A stretch of 64,000 nt of DNA from Utricularia gibba (lineage: Eukaryota; Plantae; Magnoliophyta), in NCBI GenBank assembly GCA_002189035.1, contig NEEC01000015.1:2046001-2110000 (forward strand), in the 5' to 3' direction. The translations under genes were made by a program, and so were the position numbers. Under the pieces are notes generated by a model. That model was not told the DNA's origin and did not search any database. It was given only the letters and a program-made list of their open reading frames with translations. This document shows, piece by piece, positions 49,919-59,270 of the stretch. How positions within the stretch are numbered: position 1 is the stretch's first letter; each line of letters begins with the position of its first letter.

Positions 49919-50416
49919 GTACGGGGCGTTCGGATGGGGCTCCTTTTCCTTTTTTTTTTGTAGTGTCGAGTCGTTTCTATTCCCAGTTAAACGAATTGGT
50001 ATATAAAGAAATCTCAATAATATTCTTTTACATAATATATGTGTATACATAGATTTATTTATATATTTTTTCCCATATTAATGTTTTTTATACTTCATCC
50101 GTGAGGGTATTTGCGGAATAATTCATCGGCACGAGAAAAAAAAAATTAAAAAAATTAGAAAAGCTAAAATTGTCTCTAACACTACCCATTTTAGGCGCTT
50201 TTAATATACGATATGGTTAAATGGGCAAGGCATCAGTGGATGGCTTTTAACCATCGATATTATTGTCTCAATAATTATAAAGCACTCATTCCACGTGAGG
50301 ATGGAGAAAAACAAAACTAACCTATTTTGTAGTAAATAAATGCCGAAGCTGGACTCTTCATTGGTTCAGACTTCCAGACACAACAGCTCTGGTTGGCTGC
50401 TCAATCAAATCAAAGC

Positions 50417-53400
50417 ATGCCATCGGAGAACGCAGCAATACCTGAAGTAAGTGCGGCCGCGCCGGCGCAGGGAACTCGCCTGAGACCGCGCCGGAGTATG
50501 GAAATCAGGCACCTGAACTCGCTTTCCAGCAGCATGTTACCCGCCTTTGGAACTGTGGTGAGCGAAGACACCCCCAAGCTCAGAAGATTGGTTCTCGACC
50601 CTTACGACAGAAGATACAGGTAACCACTTACAGAAACAACTGCACCACACATTTGGGAGCAAAATTTTCACTCGATATTTTTTTGGAATCCTTGGTGGTT
50701 CTCCTCCGAAATCCTGGGGTCGGGCATCTGTTCTATGGAAATAAGTTCATGCTTATCATTTTAGAATGATTGGAAAGCCAAAAGATATGCTGATACGAAC
50801 CACACAGTTGGCGTATGAAAAGTTACGGCATCAGTTCAAAGCAAGAGTCGGTTGTTAAGTTAAAGAAAGATGATGCATGTACAAGTTCACGAGGCCTCGA
50901 CAAAATGCTATTAACTTTCAGAATAAAGAGATTTCCTACTAAAGAGGTGCATCAATGAGATCAAGGTTCATTTATGTTCAAGTTCACGAGGCCTCGACAA
51001 AATGCTATTAACTTCTAGTTCAGTATAACGAGATCTCCTGCTAAACATGTGCATCAATCAGATCAAGGTTCATTTATGTTCAAAAAACTAACGAAAGAAA
51101 TGGGCTAGTACAAGCATTAAACATAATAAAATCAAGGATTGAATATTACTTGTACCTCATATGGAATGTAGGATGTGGCAAACCTTCCTGGTGGTGCTTG
51201 TGGCATACTCGTCGTGGTCATCTTCTTTCGAGCTAGCATTTAAGCGAATGTCAACCGTGTACTTATGTACATTGATCTGGCGGTTGATGCCTTCTTCCTC
51301 ATTGATATCATTCTCAACTTTTTTGTCGCATACTTTGACAAATCAACTTACCTGCTGGTTGATGATCACAAGAGAATAGCTATGAGGTATCATTCACCAG
51401 AAATCTTAGATCAGCCTTTTTGTTTTAAGAACCACAACTTACCATTATGTTCCAGGTATATTACGCACCTTTGGTTCCCAATGGATGTCGCCTCAACTTT
51501 ACCATTTCAGATGATATACAGAATTTTCACTGGGAAAATGCGTCATGGTTTTGTCTTTGGCATCCTTAACTTGCTGCGGCTCTGGCGGCTCAGGCATGTC
51601 AGTGAACTTTTCTCTAGGTACGTCTGCATTTAACTGAAATTTAACGGCAGCAAAAGTTCACTTATGCATCAGTCAAAATGGAGTCAAAAAAACTTAATAA
51701 AGCTACATAAGTTTACAAGCGTCCCTTCAAAAGCTACCAACTTACTTGTGCCAGGTTGGAGAAGGACATACGCTTCAGTTACTTTTGGACAAGATTATGT
51801 AAATTAGTATGCGTAAGTACCTCTTCCCTTACAAGATCAATCAACATAGACCCATTGCACATGATGCAAATTGTGAACTGCAGCCAGAAGCTGCCACCAT
51901 AGTGTTTCATCTCTGTTCTCACATGTCGATTGCATCCCACTGGTTCATCTCTTGAGATACAGACACAAACCTGAAAAGAGAAGAGAAAAAATTTAACACA
52001 ATTTGATGTCTATTCTGTGTGGCAGGTGACAGTGTTTGCAGTACATACTGCAGGCTGCTTGTACTTCTGCCTGGCAACATATTACCACGACCCTGACGAG
52101 ACGTGGATTGGCACTGTATTATCCGACTTTAAGAGTGCAAATGTCTGGCTGGTATATACCTATTCCATTTATTGGGCAATTGTCACTCTTTCAACAACAG
52201 GGTATGGAGACCTGCATGCTGTCAATACAGGGGAGAAAGTTTTCTGCATATTTTACATGCTTTTCAATATTGGTCTCACAGCCTACATAATTGGTAACAT
52301 GACTACTCTTGTGGTCCACAAATCTGTTCAAACTTATGTCCTGGTAAGAATCTCATCTCCTGCAGTTGTACATTTTTGCCTCCTCATTTCCGAGAAACAA
52401 TCATTTAGATAAACCACCATTTGATTTGCAGAGAGATGCGATCAATAATATCCTACGCTACTCAAGCAAGAAAAGACTTCCAGTTGGAATAAAAGAGCAA
52501 ATGCTAGCACATGTAACACTTAAATTCAGGACAGCAGAACTTCAACAAGAAGGAGTACTTGAGTACTTTCCAAAAGCTCTGAGAACAAGCATTTCTCAGC
52601 ATCTTTTCCATTCTGTGGTAGAGAATAGCTACCTCTTCCGAGGAGTATCCGAAGATTTTATTGTCCAGCTGGTAATATGATTTATATTCAACAGCCTCAC
52701 TAGGCATGCATCCTTCTCTCTGTGGGTCAATTACATGGTTTTTTTGAAGAGATCATCTCAAAAACAAAATCATAATTTCCTGGCACTAGAAATATATCAA
52801 TACATTGTCAATAAGTTTTTACGTAATTATTCATTATTTTTCACAACCTGATTGCGTAAACATGAATAGCACTTGAGAGGGCAGTCATTTAGTGTTCATG
52901 TGTTTTGGCAGGTTCCTGAGATGAAAGCAGAATACTATCCTCCCAAAGTAGAAATTCTCATAAAAAATGAAATACCAACAGATTTCTACATCATAGTATC
53001 TGGAGCAGTGGTACAAAAATAACACTATTATATGCACAACACTAACCAGCAACTTCCAACAGATGAATTCTCAAATATTCTGTGACTGCAGGATGTGCTG
53101 ACAAAAAGGAATGGAACAGAGCAGGTATTTGTACTTCCAATAAATATAAGCAATTCATAGAATGTATCTATGGCTAATAAAACTCAGAAATGCTAGCAAT
53201 TTTCTTATGATTAAACCAGAATATGATCATTACATCTTTTTTGCATTTCTAGTAATAGATAGACCTTATGCATACAAAACCTCTTAAAGCCTGCTAACAT
53301 GAAATTTGAGGGTGATTATCCAGGTGTTATCAAGTTTAGAGTCTCCTGATATGTTCGGGGAGATTGGGGTGATCTTCAATATTCCCCAGCCTTTCACTGT

Positions 53401-54527
53401 CAGAACAAGGAGACTTACTCAGGTTATTCGGGTGTCTCACAATCATTTAAAGCAACTAGTGCAGCTACACAATGAGGATGAGTCCATCATCTTCTCAAAC
53501 TTCCATCAGGTTAGAATCCTAACTTTACAATTAGACTCATAATGCTGGTAACCTCAACGAAAATGGATTACAAATCTCTGTCACCAAACTTATGCATCTG
53601 ATTTCAGCACATTAAGAGCTTAAATAAGGACGAGTTAGAGGAGATGCAGTTCATAACAGAGTTGCTCCATGAATCAAATGTTGAGGTAGTCTTCCACGAA
53701 AACTTTCCTATATATATATATATAGCGAAAAAACTCAGTGCACAGCAATACAAAATAACTCTGTGTCATCCCAGAATTTGAAAGGTGATTTATTTGCAAC
53801 ATTCAGGCTATACTATCATCGAAGGAACAGCAGATTCAGGAGGAGCAACCTCAAACAGTAATCAGTAAGCAATCATACTATGTTAGCTATTTCCTTAGCA
53901 AGTACTACTGAAGCAAGAACAACTCAAAACATCAGAGTAAAATTTCTGAAAAATTAAAAGACAAACTGAATCATATCCTCACCAATTGATGCTGATTTCA
54001 ACTCTCCATATGTCACTTGAAGAGGCACAAGGGAAAAACAATCTCATTCTTTTATTCAATAAAATGTCCCAAGGAATATAACTGTCTAAACGTCATGCGT
54101 GAATTCACTTCTGTTGATACTTTATGCAGTAAAGGAAAAATCATTATCTCAAAATGGAGATGAGACTTCAGTGAGGAAAATTACGACGATTGACTCAATG
54201 GATGCGCCAACAATAAGAGTGATACTCCATGGGCATCATCCAAAGGCCATAGGCAAAGAGGAAGATGGGGGAAAACTTGCCCATGTTCCAAATTCAGTGG
54301 AAGACCTACTGTTGTTAGCAGGTGAGTGTTTCTGTAATTATAGTCACATATCTTCACACCACTGAACACTTGCATAAATTGACGTTTTACAAGATATCAT
54401 ACATTTTCACCCTGTTACTACAGAGAAAAAACTGGGTAAAAGAGGACAAAAAATAGTGATGGCAGATGGTTCTCAAGTTGAAGACACAGGCGTTCTAAGG
54501 GACAATGATCATCTATACATCATTTGA
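50417..54527 (+). CDS. KAT3: Shaker-type K+ channel, KAT3/KC1 regulatory subunit; one apparent +1 frameshift error in exon 2
   Basis: N-terminus [20 protein letters not shown]4 [12 protein letters not shown], pore [19 protein letters not shown], c[21 protein letters not shown], no ankyrin repeats, KHA domain ending [11 protein letters not shown] (TGA 54525-54527). Confidence 0.9.
50882..51080. repeat. Tandem duplication of a ~100-bp unit in KAT3 intron 1
   Basis: Units 50882-50978 and 50979-51080. Both begin CAAGTTCACGAGGCCTCGACAAAATGCTATTAACTT and end GATCAAGGTTCATTTATGTT, with a diverged middle. Confidence 0.92.
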
Positions 54528-54676
54528 ATGCAAGAAGACCTGTCTCAAGTAGTTTGATGATGGACCACAAATAGGTCATCAAGAGATCTATCAATACTGC
54601 AATTTCCAATACGTGTAGACCACGGAAACACGTTCCTGATATCAGAAGGAACAATATGAACATCAACCTTAGAGAC

Positions 54677-55033
54677 TCAGCTACTTGCACTGTTTAGCAC
54701 ATCAAGAATAGCAAATGCAGCTTTCTGTAAATTCTCTTTTTCCTCCACCAAGTCCTTCTTCCTCTGAAGGATGAAATCCTTAGACTTGCCTATCTCATCA
54801 GTTACATTAGCTGAATTCTTGTCGATTATGCTGGGGAGTCAGAACAGCGAAAAAAAAAGGAATACTCACTCACATACTAAGCAGCACCATAGATGAAGAA
54901 ATAAAAGAAACTGTGTAACATATAAACATGCTGAAACGCGTTTATGTGTTAACTTGAGGTCTTGGAGCATCGGTTGGGCTCAAAGAGGAGCTCACGTTAT
55001 CATTTTCATCATATTGTCCATCGCAACTTGCAT
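54677..55033 (-). CDS. Spliced 63-aa coiled-coil microprotein of unknown function
   Basis: Exon 55033-54996 (AC|gtgagc) plus exon 54830-54677 (T-tract, ctgac, ccccag|) gives MQVAMDNMMKMITIIDKNSANVTDEIGKSKDFILQRKKDLVEEKENLQKAAFAILDVLNSASS*. There is a probable 5' UTR intron upstream. It resembles a small plant family recalled as ending EEKE.FQKAA.AVLDMLN. Confidence 0.75.
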
Positions 55034-55700
55034 ATTTTGGGAGAGATCTGCTATGAATTCAAATAATTAAGTGAAAAATCGTGCATACAATATGTTCTCA
55101 AATCAAGAAAACGCAATTAAGACTTCTCAGCCCAACGAAATAAGAATCCAGAGGATCGCAGGGGCACGCATTTAAACAAGCGCATCATTATCGCGATCAT
55201 TTTATCAAATTCATAGCAAATCGCAAATAATTAAAAAAAAATAGAGAATCGATTCAGCGTTCACGAACAACAAAATCGATTTGGTAAAAATCCAAATGCC
55301 CCTGATGATAACGGAAGAAACTGGAGAAACATGATACATAGTCCTACCAAGTGAAATCTAAATCGACCAGAGCAGAATATTGTCTCACAAAAATGCCAAA
55401 AAGAAACTTTCGAATCACATAAAATCACAATTATTCATCACCGTAAACTAAAGAAGAGAGATGAGATTCTGCCACAGAAGAAGGGACGAGCTCTGCGCCA
55501 GCGGCTTGCATTGACGTCGACATACTTCGGTGATCGACGGAGCGAGCGGGGAAATCTGGCGCGCTTCTTAAGGAATACACGTACTTATATTGTAGCCTGT
55601 AGGCCCGCTTGCTTCAACAAGAACCATTTAAAGGGTTTTCCCTTGTTGACGAGGGAATCAGGCATGCAGGAGGTGTCACGAGTCTCATTTACATTACTAT

Positions 55701-55970
55701 AAATCGGGACATACTACATAAAATGTATAAAAAAAAATTAGTCATCCTCAATTAAAAAATTTTACGTGTGTAGGATAGATTGAAAGGATGCATTAAAAAT
55801 CGGGACACTTTTTTACTGTATGAGAAAATTGATCATTTTCAATTAAAATTTTTTACCTATATGTAAGATAGATTGAGAGGATATATTAAAAATCTAGACA
55901 CTCTTTTTGTATGAAAAAATTGGTCATCTTCAATTAAAAATTGTTTTAACATAATGTATATGAGAGATTG
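55701..55970. repeat. Degenerate tandem repeat, 3 x ~93-96 bp, intergenic
   Basis: Units start at 55701, 55797 and 55890 with AAATC(GG/TA)GAC. They share TGTAT.A.AAAATT.(G/A)TCAT..TCAATTAAAA and GATAGATTGA.AGGAT. Confidence 0.8.
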
Positions 55971-56328
55971 TCAATCTTGCCGGAGGCTATGAAGTTGGAT
56001 GGAGATACCGAAATATCTAAGAATGATGAGCCCTAAGCTTGTTTAGGAGGGATATGATGGCAGAATGTTTATGACCAGACGAAGGGATGGAAAGCAAAAT
56101 CAGCAGCCGGAATGGGAACTGTGATCTTCAGTCTGCTAGAGCTGTTTTTAACTTTCCCCTGTTTTCTGGATCACAACATCCTACTTGTAGTAGCTTGAAG
56201 GTATAAGATATATTCTGTGTGTGAGGTGATTCTGAAGTGAAGGGCTAAGAATCACAATGGAAATGAGTAGCCAGGGAATTCGAAACTAGATATATTAACA
56301 AGGAATTTCCAGGTTCTTAACTGGTGGA

Positions 56329-58179
56329 TTAGTACAACCTGCCTGTACAATGTGCTGCTCCACAGAAACATTTCTTCACCTTGACGTTTCCATCCGAATC
56401 CGCAACCTGTCCCGTGGAGTAATTGTAGTCATAAGTTAGTTCCTGCAGAGGAGGAATGTTTTCAAGTGCAAACAGCATGATATGTGGCATTCGAGTATCG
56501 TTGTGATCGTAGAGCACATTTTGGGCATAAAGGTTGGGCAAACAGCTGTGGTTAATGAATCTTCCCACGTTACCATACTCGGCTGCATCGATCGTGAAGC
56601 CTCCTTCCATCTTTGAATCAAAACCCGCTTCATCTCCAGCATGCCTAAGAGGGGAGTCGATGTAGTTCCTGCCAATGTCAAAGAGATATTCATCGCTCCC
56701 AATCCTTTTCTCGGCTTCCCAATCTTCAAGAAGCTCTCCTACATATTCACATATAAAACTTCCAGAAGGTATAGATTTCAAGGCCCTCACTCCCCAGCCT
56801 CTAGACTCTGTTTTGAAGATCTCTAGCTGACTTTTGATGCCACGTTGGGCGACCCGGTTATAGCAAGATGCTGGGCAGCTGCATAATGGACCACATTCAT
56901 ATACCAGCGATTTTGTCTCAACTAGTGCACCATTACGGTTGTATGGGATTTCACCACCATTTACAACAGCACATCGGCATTTTTTTGAGTCCGAGCATCT
57001 TCCTGTACAGTCACATCCAGGAAGGGGCAAAGGGTGGAACCATTCAGGATACTTTATCTTCAGAATATAGTTGAATGGAGAAGGCTTTTCATCATTTAGC
57101 GTATTCACTGCAGATACAGGAAAAGGCTCTTGTCCTTGAGAAATATCTTCAACACACACACCAGGCCGGATTTTAGACTTGCCAGCTTTTTTCAATTGTT
57201 TCCAAGGGAGTTCAGACTGACCTGGATTCCTTCTCAATTCAAACATGAATACCTGCTTTCCATGAGGCCCTGTTTCAGACCAATAATTTTTAACTGTATA
57301 AAGGCCATCATAAACATAGGTGGTAACCAACTTTGGTTTGGGGTCAAGTGGATCAACAACCCTTGTCTCCTTCCATCCCCGAATGACACGGACAGGATTC
57401 TGCACAGATATGCTATTCCTTAAAGCCAGATTCCCCTTTTCAAGCTTCTGATCTTCAGGCCTCATCTTGGCCTTTCCAACAACATTTCCTCCTTGACCAG
57501 AATATATTAATACATCTGCGTTTTCAACATCATCAGCATATGCCCCAGAAGCAACTACACTGACAGCAACTCGTACCCCATTCAGCTTTGTACTATCTAT
57601 CCCACTTTGGAAAAGACGGTGAATGCCAACAACTGCAAGCTCCACCCTGTATTGAAATTCATCCCCAACTTCAACCCCAGGAACTTCACCCAAGTAGATC
57701 TTATCTGTGTTAACTCCCTTTCCTTCTTGTTTAATTATTTTTGTTGCTTCCAGATCAACCCTTCTCAATTTCTGCACCCCAGGTTTCCTTTCATTTTCTG
57801 GAAAGGAATGGGCTTCCTCTGCATGCAAGAGTTTTCTGCAAATTGCACTGAACAATCGAAGAGTTTGTCTCACTTTGTTGCGGGCATCACCGCAGCCAGC
57901 AGCACTTCCACCGAACGGTGGCAGGCTAATTTCAAAAGATCGCCGCTTGCTGCTAGATGGAGAATGGTTACCAAAAATCTGAGATTGGTCATGTACGAGC
58001 GCCGATGCACCAGAACTTGCACCATTATCTTTGACAGTATGCACTTGTTTTTTACTCTTCCATCTTAAAATCTTGGATTTAGGAACACTTTTATTTGCAA
58101 CAGGTATGCGCTTAGATCCTGGAAACAACTTGGTTTTCAGCTCCTTTTCTCTGCGCTTTCTTCCATCAGGTTTCTTCAT
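56329..58179 (-). CDS. SUVH6: SRA-preSET-SET-postSET histone H3K9 methyltransferase (SUVH5/SUVH6-like), intronless main ORF
   Basis: ARNKVRQTLRLF, SRA LGEVPGVEVGDEFQYRVEL...YSGQGG...DQKLEKGNLAL...YVYDGLY, pre-SET Cys cluster, SET GWGVR...FINHSC.PNL...ELTYDY and post-SET CFCGAAHC. The true N-terminus may extend upstream. Confidence 0.95.
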   Translation of the reverse strand: MKKPDGRKRREKELKTKLFPGSKRIPVANKSVPKSKILRWKSKKQVHTVKDNGASSGASALVHDQSQIFGNHSPSSSKRRSFEISLPPFGGSAAGCGDARNKVRQTLRLFSAICRKLLHAEEAHSFPENERKPGVQKLRRVDLEATKIIKQEGKGVNTDKIYLGEVPGVEVGDEFQYRVELAVVGIHRLFQSGIDSTKLNGVRVAVSVVASGAYADDVENADVLIYSGQGGNVVGKAKMRPEDQKLEKGNLALRNSISVQNPVRVIRGWKETRVVDPLDPKPKLVTTYVYDGLYTVKNYWSETGPHGKQVFMFELRRNPGQSELPWKQLKKAGKSKIRPGVCVEDISQGQEPFPVSAVNTLNDEKPSPFNYILKIKYPEWFHPLPLPGCDCTGRCSDSKKCRCAVVNGGEIPYNRNGALVETKSLVYECGPLCSCPASCYNRVAQRGIKSQLEIFKTESRGWGVRALKSIPSGSFICEYVGELLEDWEAEKRIGSDEYLFDIGRNYIDSPLRHAGDEAGFDSKMEGGFTIDAAEYGNVGRFINHSCLPNLYAQNVLYDHNDTRMPHIMLFALENIPPLQELTYDYNYSTGQVADSDGNVKVKKCFCGAAHCTGRLY

Positions 58180-59270
58180 GATTCGTTTCCTTTTTTCTCA
58201 ATGGACACTGGGGCTCGGCCGATGGGCATTGACCATTTTGGCTGTCTAATACATCCGATCTCTTGCATGACTCTCCCTAGGTGAATAATCAGAAGCCCTT
58301 GCGAATCCTGCGGAATTGTCTCCCTAGCACCCTCGTTACACCATCTGCGATTCAGAAAAAAAAAATATGAAAAAAAAAAAATCAACACATGCATAAAGAC
58401 CCATTGATGAATCAAAGTACGGAACAAGAACAAAAACTAAAACTCCCTGGAAAAAAACTAGAGTGATCGGATTACTAATGCGCATAAGAAAAGACTGAAC
58501 ATAGCCAGATCTCGAAATCAACAAAACACAGCGAATATGCTGGTGATTACTACCACGATACACCATCAAAATTTACGCCTCCACCATGAGCAACAACAGA
58601 TGAGAAGAATAGCACCGAAGGAGATTACACGGAATCGCCTCGTGCTGCTCCCTCCAGGCCTCAGCAGTGGCACATTTGGAGGGACGTTGGCAGAGGCGCA
58701 GGGGAAAGAAAAGTTGCATTTTTCAGTCCTTTTGGAAACTCCAAACTACTCCACACATTTTGGAAATATTTCAACTCCACCCCTTCTTTTTCGGACGTAC
58801 AGTTGGTGAATTTTTTGTACATCACACAAAACGGTGCTTCCCTACCACATTTCCAAGGTGAAGAGTATATACCTTAAAACAGGCGTGTAACAACAATTCA
58901 AGATACTGAGTACCAGATGTGAACTCCTACCAGGAAAGATTACCAACGCGAAATTCATCAGTCGAATCGACAGCTACACAGACATTCAACAATATCATCT
59001 GCTAAAGCTATGGCTAAACGGCATGGACCTCGCAAGAGAGGTGATAGAAATGAGTAGAGAAAACTATGTACAATGATCGCCAAACCGCAACCCTCTCACA
59101 TGAACAAAATGCCAACGGAAAGCCAGAGCAGCATGTACCCAAAACACGGGGAAGAGCTCATCTCAAATGCCTGCCTGCTCAGCCGCTTAATCCACTTTCC
59201 AATAACGTGTTGCACGGGCGGATGGCAGGTGCATTTCCCCTGAATGATGGTCTTCAGAGTGACACCCATT

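Noticed and set aside
1076-54527. Calling the frameshifted genes pseudogenes
   Set aside because: Each has one or two +1-repairable lesions, intact splice sites and conserved downstream sequence. Consensus error is more parsimonious.
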